Source of the DNA: Ascoidea asiatica JCM 7603
Lineage: Eukaryota > Fungi > Ascomycota
DNA length: 64,000 bases
Assembly (NCBI GenBank): GCA_001600695.1
Contig: BCKQ01000003.1
Coordinates: 1,941,351 to 2,005,350 of the forward strand
Direction: 5' to 3'
The notes under the pieces: generated by a model
Database searches by the model: none
The model's input: the letters and a program-made list of their open reading frames with translations, nothing else
What the model was told of the DNA's origin: nothing
Position numbers and translations under genes: made by a program
Shown: positions 22,773 through 34,462 of the stretch, in pieces
How the letters are laid out: the number at the start of each line of letters is the position of its first letter
Numbering within the stretch: position 1 is the stretch's first letter

Positions 22773-23486
22773 TTAAGAAGTATATATAAATTTTTGATTC
22801 AAATTAGATGAGATTATGCTAGTTAAATAATTATTTAAAGTGGAAGAGTAAAGTTGAGCTTTATCTTTATTGAAATAAATATCAAGTAATTCAGATTCAT
22901 TAGAATTATAAGATTCTGAAAATATAATTCTATTTTTTTTTATAATATTATCTTTTGTATTATTATGAGAATAAACTATTAAATTATAATTATTATAAAT
23001 TATTGAATTGAAAGAATTATATAAGGATATATTTGCATCAATTAAAGCAAGATAAGTTGAATTAATACAAGCATTGAATTCAATTAAATCATTAATTAAA
23101 TTTATATCTGAGATTATGTTTGAGTTATTTGAATTATTTGAAGTATTTGAAGTATTTGAATTAATTGGAGATTGTAATATTTGTAAAGTAATTTGAATTA
23201 ATTGTCTTGGATAATTTTTTCTAATAATTAAATTATTTAATATTGATCTTAATTTATCTTCTAATAATTTTTGTTTTGTATTTGAAGGACCTTTTAAAGG
23301 TATAATTATAATTTCTAAAGAAGCATTGGTTGGTAATTCAAATTTTTTTGAATTAATTTCAATTGGACCATTTATTGAACATAAAACTTTTGTTGAATTA
23401 TATTGAAAATATGCAGAACCATCTGCATTTGAAAGAATTGATAATTCTGCTTTAATTTGTTTTAAATCTGGATAAGTTGAATCCAT
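22773..23486 (-). CDS. RRP46: Exosome RNase PH-like subunit
   Basis: LSNADGSA, KVLCSINGPIE, YPRQLIQITLQIL, ACINSTYLALIDANISL. Confidence 0.9.
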   Translation of the reverse strand: MDSTYPDLKQIKAELSILSNADGSAYFQYNSTKVLCSINGPIEINSKKFELPTNASLEIIIIPLKGPSNTKQKLLEDKLRSILNNLIIRKNYPRQLIQITLQILQSPINSNTSNTSNNSNNSNIISDINLINDLIEFNACINSTYLALIDANISLYNSFNSIIYNNYNLIVYSHNNTKDNIIKKNRIIFSESYNSNESELLDIYFNKDKAQLYSSTLNNYLTSIISSNLNQKFIYTS

Positions 23487-24411
23487 TTTTAAAGTTAATT
23501 AATATATTATTCTGTATATATTTGCATATATACTAATTTCTATGCTTTATATTTTGTATTTATATATATATATATATACTGTATATTCTAAGAGTTTTAT
23601 AAAATAGTTAAATAAATCGATAACTTTAAGCTGATAAATTTCATAAAATTTCTTGATTTTTTTATATTTGATAGTAACTTTACAGTATAATTTTTTAATT
23701 CTTTTTTTTTATTGAAGTAAAATCAATCCCGAACCGTAATCATGGCTTTGGTTAGAGCATGTGACTTTAATATTGGTGGTAAAAGTATTTTAGCCGAGAC
23801 AAAGCCAGTTATAAGGATTTTATTTTTTTCCGAGATTACCAGTCTTTCAATGCTTCTTTAAACCTAAGGACACAGTTAGGTACTCTGAGGTACTCTGAGG
23901 AAAATAACCAACAAAGTCACGTGCTGTGTACAAAGGATAGCAGAGAGGCACCCTGGGCCTTCTATCACGTGTACAAGGAAGCCGAGAAACAGCGATGGCC
24001 AGAAAAACCGTTGAGGTTTCTGAGACAAATTTAACCTTAACAGAAATAGAATTAAAGAAGAAAAAATATAGCAGGTGGGTGACAATAAAAACAAGCAAAA
24101 AAAAAAAAAACTGCAACCAGATCCAAAACTACAAGCACATAAGAAACTTGTTCTGAAATTATATCCAAACCATTCCTTGAAAAACAATGGAATCTTTTAA
24201 AGTACCTGGCCGAGTAAATAAAAAAAAAACATTAGCGTTTACACTCCTCATAGGAGCAAGGAGTACTAGAAGTTGAATCAATCCCTTTGACATTTGCCGA
24301 CTTTAAAGGGAAAACACCTTTAATAGGATCATTAAAGGATCATAAAGACCCAAATGCAATGGCTTTCCGGTTGCAATTGAAGACAGAGCAGGTCGGTTGT
24401 GAAGCCGACTG

Positions 24412-24455
24412 TGGATGGTTTGGATGGTTTGGATGGTTTGGATGGTTTGAATGGT
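24412..24455. repeat. 9-bp tandem repeat (TGGATGGTT), about 5 copies
   Basis: Read directly, inside the GC-rich RRP46/DAL81 divergent intergenic region. Confidence 0.85.
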
Positions 24456-25660
24456 GATCGGGAGCTTTGCAGCTTTGAAAGTTAGCAATGAGAGTGAAGA
24501 TAACCTCAGGGGAAAACCTCAGAGGAAAACCTTAGATCAGTGAGGCTAGAGCTCAGAGCTCAGAGCTCAGAGCGAGTAGAGAGTAGGTGAGTGCGTGGTG
24601 TACCGTTGCTGTAGCAGTGTCGGTGTATTTCAGAGGACCTCCAAAGCAAGCAAATAGAAATACGGCCGTGCACTGCTAGCGCTGCACGAAAACGAAGCAA
24701 AATGAAAGAAAATGAAAGAAAATGAGATGTTGGAGACAAAAGCACTGAAAGCACTGAAAGCACTAAAAACACCAAGACGAGAAAACTCAGATTTGAGTAT
24801 TAAAGCAGTGAATTAGAAAAACATAAAATCACTAATACATAATAACGCTAAATACTTGAATTCATAAATACATAACTGTATAATTATTGGAATATTAAAT
24901 AAATCATTATTGAAATACTGAATTAAAATGCTAAAATACCAACAGTATTGAAATATTGATATTAACATAATAACCAAATAACATACTTTATGATAATATA
25001 TGACATATGATATACATTAGAATATATTAAATAATTATATCCTACCATATCCTATCATATTTTACAAAAATATCTTACAATACTATTTATTTATTCTATT
25101 CTAATTTTATTCATCTTTTTTATTCATTTTTCAATTACTACTATTTCACTGTACTGTAGTATATTTGATCTTATTATCTGACATAATTATCTTTATTTAT
25201 CCTAGCTTATCAAACCCTTTATTCTACCAATACTTTTCCATTCACATTATCTGTATAATTTACTTTCAATTTTTTTTCAACTTGCTTTCAATTTGCTTTC
25301 ATATTTACTCTTATATTTACTACGGTACTGTATTACTTCATATCCCCAATAAGTCCAATAAGTCCAATAAGTTAAACAATTATATCAAATTTAAAAAGTC
25401 TAAGAAGCTTCTCAGATTCAATAATTATCAATATTACTATATTCTTAAACATATATTTTCACTTAATCATTTAATCATTTAATCATTTAATCCTTTAATC
25501 ATTTAATCAATCCTTAATTACTATCTCATTCATATTTTTATATGTATATATATCTATATATCTCACTCTAATTTAGAGATATAAAAATTTTAAAAAATTT
25601 TCATTAAGAAAGCTATAACATAACATAATATAAAATAATACAATATAATATAATATAATA

Positions 25661-25786
25661 ATGGATACTTTCGCTAATTGGAATGAAGATAATTTAAATA
25701 CAAATGATTTTAGTTTCTTACACTTACCTGAAGATCATTTTATAAATAATGACTCTCTAAATGATTTAAACTCAAATAATAATAGC

Positions 25787-25839
<53 letters not shown>

Positions 25840-26056
25840 AAACATCAACATCGACAACAATAATAATAATAATAACAATAACCTAATCAATAATAATGAT
25901 ATTAATATTAATACTATAGAAAAATCTTTGAAAATGATTAATTCAAATTCAAATTCTTCTTTAACTTCTTTAACAACAAATAATACAAATATTGATACTC
26001 CAACAACAAGTAATATCACTGCTTCTTCAAATTTAATTCCAATAAAAAATAACAAC

Positions 26057-26088
<32 letters not shown>

Positions 26089-29000
26089 TAGCCCTTCTAA
26101 CAATCCTTCAAATAAAAAGTCTACAATCACAAATAATAATGACACTATTAATGATAAAAACAATAATAATAAAAATAATATTAAAACGGATATAAATAGT
26201 CTGAATCCTGATACTGATCATAATTATGAGACAAATAATAATGTTAATAACAACACTGATATTATCATTAAAAGAGAAAATGAAAACACTATTGATAATG
26301 AAGCTGGTAATGAAAGTGATATAACTAGTTCTAATGAGGCTGATAATACCTCCTTAAAAAAAAATTCAATTATTGATAATAATAAAAACAATTCCATAAC
26401 TGAAAATGACCCATTAATCGATTCAAATAATTCTTCCTTAAATCAAAATCAGAATAATCAGAATAATACTAAAAATATTAATAAACCTGATAATAAAATT
26501 AATAATAAAAATAACTTGAAAAATAATAATAAAACTAATAATAAAGTTAATAATAAAAATAATAATAAAAATAACTTGAAAACAAATATAAAAAGTAGTA
26601 ATAAAGTTAGTAATAAAACAAATTTTAGTAAAAATATTATTACTAAAAATTCCAATGATTTAGACTCAAATTTAAATTCAAATCCAAATTCAAATTCAAG
26701 TTCAAATTCAAATCCAAACTCAAAAAATTCTGATAGTAATGTTTCCGAGAATTCTTTCAATACTAATACTAATAATACTAATAACAATAATAATAATAAA
26801 AATTCCAAAAACTTAAATTCAAAAAGTATTAAAACATCTTCAATTTCATCATCTCCAAATTCTAGTAAACTTTCAAGGAAACCTTCAAATCAATCAATTA
26901 TACCAAAACCTTGTGATCATTGTAGAAGAAGAAATTCTCCTTGTTCTTTATCACCAGATGGTTCAACTTGTGCTCAATGTGAATTAAAAGGTTTAAGATG
27001 TACTTTTTCTGATATGAGTGTAATTGTTCAAAATAATAATTTAAATTTAAATATTAAAAAAAGAGGAATTGATGATCATAATGAAATTGTTAAAAGAAAA
27101 AAATCAAATAAAAATATTATAAATTCTAAAACTAATAATTCTTTATCTGCATCTTCAACTAATCATAACTCTCCAATAAATAATCAATTTCAACCTCAAA
27201 ATCAACGACAATTTATTTTTCCTCAAAATAAAGATTCTTATCAATATCCTCCAAATCAAAATAATATGAATATGAATTATTTAAATGATTCAAATTATTA
27301 TCCAAATCAACATCAAAATCCCAATCAATACATTAATAATATGAACAATAACATGAACAATAACATGAACAATAACATGAACAATAATATGAATGGTAAT
27401 ATAAATAATAATATGAACAATAATATGAATAATATTAGGGACAATAACATGAATAACAACATGGAGAATATGAATAACATGAATAACATGCATGGAGTAA
27501 ATAACCCGAACAATATGAACAACATGAATAATTCAATGAACATGAACTATCCTCCAAAATTTCCTCCAAATCATCCTAATACAGTTCTTCCCAATGTTTC
27601 GATGAATTCACCAATGGCTCAAATTATACCTTCCCAATTTCCTCATCATCAACCACCAGTTCCACCTCCAGGATCCACAATTCCTTCTAATGCATATTCA
27701 CAACCTCCTTTTCCAAGTAGTGGTCCGTCTCCTGCATCCCAGTTCAACAATGGTTCCAACAATAATACTCCAAATATTCCTAATATACCAAATATTCCTA
27801 ATATGGCAAACGTTTCAAACACTCAAGGAATAAGACCCGCAAATAATATCAATGCAAATAATAATAACAATAATGGTAGTAACGACTTCAATAATAACAA
27901 TGGTATGAATATGAATATGAATATGAATAATGCAATGGGCATGAATAATGCAATGAATGCCAATATGAATGATAACAATGATCCTAATTTGATGGCTTCT
28001 AATAGAATGATGATCAGCCATCAAATGAGGAATCAAATGCCTAATGCAATGCAGTTTCCCGAACCTAAAAAGACATTACAGTATCCAAGATCTTCATTTT
28101 ATGTGGGCCCAACTTCAATTTATGATATCAATCTAATAAATCATATGAGGCTTGATAAAATGGATCAAGTTCAACTAACAAATTCAATGTCTTTAAGAAA
28201 AGTATCGAAATCTCCTAATGTTTTATTTATTCTAACAGACGATATTACTTGTGGTCAATATGAAAAATCTTCAAAAGATGTAGATGAAGTAGAACAGATT
28301 GTTCAACCTGTAGGTCCGATTTTAATAGACTTGTACTTCAAAATCGTTCATCCTTATTTTCCAATATTGCATAAAAAAGTTTTCATTGAAAAATATGAAA
28401 GAACTTACAGAGAGTTTAGTGCGCCATTATTAGCAGCAGTGTATTCATTAGCTATTCAATGGTGGAATTATGATCTGAGATTGCAATCTAAAGGCCCTCC
28501 TCCAAATGTTGAACTATTGAATAAAATTGCCGTAAGAACTTTTTCAGAAGTAATTGAAAGACCTAAATTGAGTGCTGTACAAGCCGGATTATTATTATTA
28601 CAATGTAGATTTGACAATAGCCAGAGAAATTGGATTCTAAGTTCTCAGGTTGTGGCCTTAGCAGAAGAGTTAGGCTTGGGATTAGATTGTGTGAAATGGA
28701 ATCTTCCTAGATGGGAAAGGGCATTAAGAAGGAGGTTAGCATGGGCTGTTTGGTTACAAGATAAATGGATTGCTTTAATTGAAAGTCGTCCATCTCATAT
28801 AATTCTAGGTAAAAATTGGCTTCTCCCTAATTTATGTGAAAGTGATTTTCAAACCCCTGATATGAGTAATCAAACATTTGTACAAATGATATCCCTTAGT
28901 CAAATAGTTTCTGAAATTCTAGATACTTTTTATTCTCTATCTCAAGAATTAACAACCGAATCTATCGAAGAGATTTTGATTAAAGCTAAACCATTACAAT

Positions 29001-31519
29001 TAAAACTAAGGGATTGGTATCAAACATTAAATCAAAAATATAATGGGCTACTAAATACACATCCTGGGAGCAGTTCATTACAACTTGCTTATTTAGCTGC
29101 CGAAATCACGTTGCATAGAAAAATAATTTCAGGGTTAGATGGATGTACTAAAGGTTTGAATAATGTATGTAAAAATGCAGCGAAAACTAGGCTAGTTGCA
29201 GCGGTGAATTTTGTCAAAAGACTAGTGCCAGGAAGTACAAACTTCTTTTGGTTTTCATTTTCTTCAGCATGGTTTGTAATGATTGGTTGCTTCGCAAGTG
29301 TATTATGGAGTAAAAGTGAAGAGGAAGAGGATAAAGACTTTTATAAACAAATATTAAAAGATTACTTGCAAACATTAAAAAATTTGAAAGGATTTTTACC
29401 AGCCCAAAAGGCAGCTGAAAAATTGGAGAGTTTATTGTTTCATTTAGATGATTTAGGAAAAGACGTTATAGAAGATATTTCTATGCTAAGCTTCAACAAT
29501 TTTCAAAGCCAAATTTCACCAGCAGCATCAGCTGGAACTCCTCATTCTCGAATGAATCCAGCCATTGCTAATAGTTGGAATCAAGTCAGTAATATGAACA
29601 GCCCAAACGATTTTGCTCAGTTATCAATGGGAAATATGAGAATGCCTTCAGCGGGGATTCAGCCGAATTCAAATAAGGAACATCTGGCACCAGGGTCTGC
29701 CCCCCTGTCCGATTCACATAATCTCAAGGTCAGCAATTCTGATCCAATCGTGAATTCTTCCGAAAATGCTACCATAGGTAATAATTTATCCGGAAACAAT
29801 ATGAATATAGTTTCGACAATTAACAACAGTAATAACGGCATGATGAACAATTCCAGCAATAATAATATTACCAATGCAAATAATCAGAGCAATCCAAATA
29901 ATATGATAAATGATATGAGTATGAACAATATAAACCCAATGAGTAACACTTCCCCTAATAATTTATCGCCCATGGGAGAACTAAATAACTCGAGCAACAT
30001 GAACAATTTTGAAATGTCTAATATAAATCATATGGGAAGCATGAGTACTGGAGCAAATAGAACCTTGAATTCTTCTAGAAACCCAAATTCTACTTCTACT
30101 GGTAATCAGGGTATGAATTTAAATGCTAGCAATTCAATGAAACAAAATGCGACTCAAAATCCTAATATTAATTCCCAAATTGGTTCTAATATTGGTCCTC
30201 ATATAAATCCTAATTTGAATCGAAATATTAATCCAAATATGAATCCTAGTATGAATCGAAATATTAATCCTAACATGCATCCTAATATGAATCTTAATAT
30301 GAATCATAATCAGAGTATGAATCCCAATATGAATCCCAAAATAAATCCCAATATAAATCCCAATATAAATCCCAATATAAATCCCAATATAAATCCTAAT
30401 ATAACTTCTAATATGAATCCTAATATGAATCCTAATATTAATCCTAATATTAATCCTAATATTAATCCTAATATTAATCCTAACGTCAATCCTAACGTCA
30501 ATCCTAATATGAATTCCAATCCAAATCTTAACAGAAATTCAAATCTTAATAATAATATTCACCAGAATATAAATCCAAATTTAAACCTGAACATGAATCC
30601 AAATCTAAATCCGAATATGAATCCCAATTTAAATCTCAATATGCCTCCAAATATAAACCCAAATATAAACCCAAATATAAACCCAAATGTAAATCCAAAT
30701 GTAAATCCAAATAGGAATTCAAGTTTGAGTTCTCGAATAAACGAAAACAGGAGGAATGAACCAAATTATGGCTCTCAAGGATCTTATGGACCCAATACAA
30801 GTCAGCCGAACAATAACCTAGGAATGCCTACTTTAAATAATGTAAACGATACAAGCGTGAACATGAATTCAAGCAATGATATTGAGAGTGTGAATAATAA
30901 TAAGAATAATAATTCGAACAACTTCAATAATATGGGAAATATAAATAATATGGGAAATATGAATAATATGGGAAATATGAACAATGTGAGCAATATGAAC
31001 AATATGGGAAATATGGGCAATATGAGTAATATAAACAATGTAAACAATAATACTGGAAACATGGGTAATATGCATAATATGAATAACATGAATACTACAA
31101 ATAACATGAGGAATACAAATTCGATGAGAAATACAAATAATTTAGTAAATGCAGGGGATATGAATAATGCAAATAATATGGGTAATATGAATAATTTGAA
31201 TGTGAACAATATGATGAACATGAATGGTATGAACAATATGAATATGAGTAACATGTATATGGGAGGAATGTCATTACCACCATCCTTAGCAAATAATAGG
31301 AATAGAACTTCAGAGAGTTTAAATCAACAAAGGTTTCCTCTATCTAATGAATCCCCTAATCTTGAGAAAGAAATAATGGCAAACAATAATATTAATCAAA
31401 GTAACTCAGATGAGAGTAATAAATCTGGAATTGAACATAACACACCTAAGTTCGAGGTAACCGAAGATTCTGTTGGAAAACCTTCTAGGGGTCGTAAAAA
31501 ACGAAATACTAAAGTCTGA
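25661..31519 (+). CDS. DAL81: Zn(II)2Cys6 transcription coactivator Dal81/TamA with very large Asn/Met-rich extensions
   Basis: PCDHCRRR...[11 protein letters not shown] zinc cluster; [15 protein letters not shown]; Fungal_trans region ([36 protein letters not shown]). Confidence 0.88.
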
Positions 31520-31932
31520 TTAAAAAATTTAATTTCTTTTTATCTTTTTATTTCTTGCACTTTTTTTACTTATTTGCTTGTATTTTCAATTTAATTCATT
31601 AAGCTATTTTATTTTCCGTCAGATTAATCTTCATATATTTTTTTCATTGTTCCTTCTTCTTTCTTTTTTTCCTTGTTGGCATACATTTATTTATAGAGTT
31701 TCAATTTTTTTTTTTAATTTTTAATTTAACCTTCTACGCCTATTTCTACTGTACAGTATTTTAATTTATAGTTTTAACAAATTAGTTTGTGATATTTTAG
31801 TGATGAAACATAATTAATTGTCATGTTGTAGATAAAAGAGAAAATTTAAAGCCCAAAATTTGTACATTCATATGTATATATTATCATATTTATAAATCAA
31901 TAGTATATAAAAAAGATGAAGACCAACACCTT

Positions 31933-33084
31933 TCATAACAGAACCAAAGTTAATGAACCAGCAAATAAAAAGAAAAGAAAGGAATAATAGAAGATGCTAT
32001 AGTTGAAAGAAAATGAAACTCTAGAGGCAGATGCTTCACTTGAAGCAGATGCAACCGAAGAACTAGAACTGGAATTGGTACTAGAATCAGTACCAGAATC
32101 GGAGGTGGAAGTTAAAGACTTAGAAGAAGTAGAAAGAGAAGTTGCATGAGATGATGAATTAGAACTTGAGGAAGATGTTTTTTTGGACGATGAAGAAAAA
32201 GAAGTTGAAGTAGCACTTTCATCGGTTCCACCAACCATACTTGCAAATTCTTCATCGGCTTCTTGAACTCTTCCATCAATCTCACCATCATTTGCTTCAA
32301 TTGAAGTCCAATCACCAGAAGTATCAGTATATTCATAAGAATCACCTGTTGAATAATCGGAAACAACTAATTTTTGAACATACATTGAAAAAGGTAATTC
32401 ATCATAATCTGTTTCACCACCGGCCCATTCAATTGTTCCATTGGCATTATCAGAGTCACCACCAGCCCAAAGACCAATAAATAATCTTGAAGGAGTTTGA
32501 GGAAATCCATCCCAGGTATCATTAGTTAATTGTTTTGCTTTTTTACCATCAATATACCAAGTTACTTTTTCATAAGTCCAATCAATTGTATAATTATGAA
32601 AATCTGCAGTTGGATCAGCCATATTCCATAAAGTAGATCTATTATAATAGGTTGTATTACCTTCATAAAAGAAATTTAAAGAGGTTTGAGAAGTATCACC
32701 ACCAAACCATTCAAGATCAATTTCATCTTCACAATCACTTTGTAAATAAAGAGTAGATATTATACCTTGACCAGTTGAAGCTTTTACAATAGCTTCAACT
32801 TTACCGAACATAATATATTTTTTAGAAACAATTGAAGGATTATCATATCTTTTTGCAATTTTTAACTCTAAACCATCATCAGAATATATTACACCAGATT
32901 CAGTATTATAAATATCAAAATAATCTGTTACAGTAGCATTTGAAGTGAAATTTGTTTCAAAAGTATCACCTAAAGCTGCATTTGCATCACAAGTTTTTGT
33001 TGAATTTAAAGGATTACAAACAGTTTCACTTACAATAACTTTCAATAATAAAGAAAAAGTTAAAAAAAATGTTAAATTAAACAT
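31933..33084 (-). CDS. CRH1: GPI-anchored GH16 chitin transglycosylase
   Basis: Signal peptide from ATG 33084 (MFNLTFFLTFSLLL), CNPL, DEIDLEW catalytic motif, FHNYTIDW, GTIEWAGG, Ser/Thr stalk, hydrophobic tail. Confidence 0.9.
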   Translation of the reverse strand: MFNLTFFLTFSLLLKVIVSETVCNPLNSTKTCDANAALGDTFETNFTSNATVTDYFDIYNTESGVIYSDDGLELKIAKRYDNPSIVSKKYIMFGKVEAIVKASTGQGIISTLYLQSDCEDEIDLEWFGGDTSQTSLNFFYEGNTTYYNRSTLWNMADPTADFHNYTIDWTYEKVTWYIDGKKAKQLTNDTWDGFPQTPSRLFIGLWAGGDSDNANGTIEWAGGETDYDELPFSMYVQKLVVSDYSTGDSYEYTDTSGDWTSIEANDGEIDGRVQEADEEFASMVGGTDESATSTSFSSSSKKTSSSSSNSSSHATSLSTSSKSLTSTSDSGTDSSTNSSSSSSVASASSEASASRVSFSFNYSIFYYSFLFFLFAGSLTLVLL

Positions 33085-34462
33085 TTTGATATTTTTATAA
33101 AATTTTTTCCTTTTTTCAATTTTCTTTACTTTTTTTTTTAATCTCTTTTTGAATTGAAAATGTAATGAGTGAATTTGAAAATATATATATATATATACAA
33201 TTGGTTGCCTAAATATTAACCAGAAAAATTGAGAAAAACTGTTAAACTTGAACAAATAAAAAAAGAAAAAGACTTTCAAACGAGGGTATTACAGACATAA
33301 TGAAGAATATTTAAATGAAAAATATAATTGATTGTAAAGAAGTAAATCATCAAATGATCACTAATGTTACAGTAAAGTATATAACATTAACAATTGTACC
33401 TAAACCACTAATATAATAAATAAATAACTGGATCATACTAATTTTAATTTTATTTTTATTGATATATATCATAAGCCAATTTTCAGCCTTGAAGGTATAA
33501 ATTTCTCTGAAGTGAAAATAATTACTCGTCGTTGATTTTCCTGAGATGTGATCTTGGAAGAAGCCAATAAAACCAATAATTTGAAGAGTTGTTATGCTGG
33601 ATAGCGAGTACTACCGCAGTTCAGTACTGAAACTACTGTTTACCTGAGCTAGCACTTATTCAAGCAGGAAAGAAGGTTTCACACAACGCAATTCCTTCAA
33701 AAAGCGTGCATTTTCGAAATTCAATGCCATTTTTCTGCAGAGAACTTCTTTTTCCAACCATCATAACCCGCAATAATTCCATGGAGGAGGCTATATGCGC
33801 GCATTTAAGGGTGAAGTTGGCGGGCACTCCAAATTTAGAACCACTGCATAAAAAGCAGTGGAATGCCTTTGAACACGTATTATGTGGCGCAGTTACACCC
33901 GCATTTCTTTCAACTTCACGCAAAACTACACGGTGAACCACACGCAAAATCATCTTCCGTGATTAGTTCTTGTCCTGAAAAATGTTTTTAACCATGTCCT
34001 AGGGCTCTTTAAGTTGTGCACCATTTATTCTGTTTATAGAAAATCACCTGACTGTACTGTTTATGTTTCGGTCAGCTTTTGGGCAAAATTATTTTCCTTT
34101 ATTATCGGCACGTGCTTCTCACCTGCCACTGTACTGTGTCGGCATTAATGATGTTCAAATTTATTCTTTCATTTCATTTGCAGCCAATCCAGCAGCTACA
34201 ACACCATCTGGAATTGCTCTTTAAAGAACTTTTTTGACTATTTTATACCTCAGATTTATTTTCGAGAGTTTAAATAATATAAGAAAACTTCTTTAATAAA
34301 GGTCGTTTAATAATTAATTATTGTTGGTTTTTGATTACTCGTTGATAATTTTCAATTATTTATATTCACTTTCTATTTTTGATTTTGATTTTGATTATTA
34401 TCATCAAACAATAGAAGGTTTTATAGCTAACTACTTGAGTATCATTTCCTTTGCTTTCAAAA

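Noticed and set aside
23847-25482. Small ORFs in the RRP46/DAL81 intergenic region
   Set aside because: Non-ATG starts, repeat-derived or low-complexity, no homology recognised.
30200-30715. CRISPR-like or telomeric array
   Set aside because: Eukaryotic in-frame coding tandem repeat without spacers.
25735-31292. Hydrophobic Leu/Ile/Phe-rich antisense ORFs
   Set aside because: Mirror images of AAT/AAC repeat coding in DAL81. The same applies to antisense ORFs in PAC1, RRP14, ATG29 and DED1.
33085-33279. 65-codon upstream extension of CRH1
   Set aside because: TTG start and A/T-tract sequence; it would bury the signal peptide that begins at ATG 33084.
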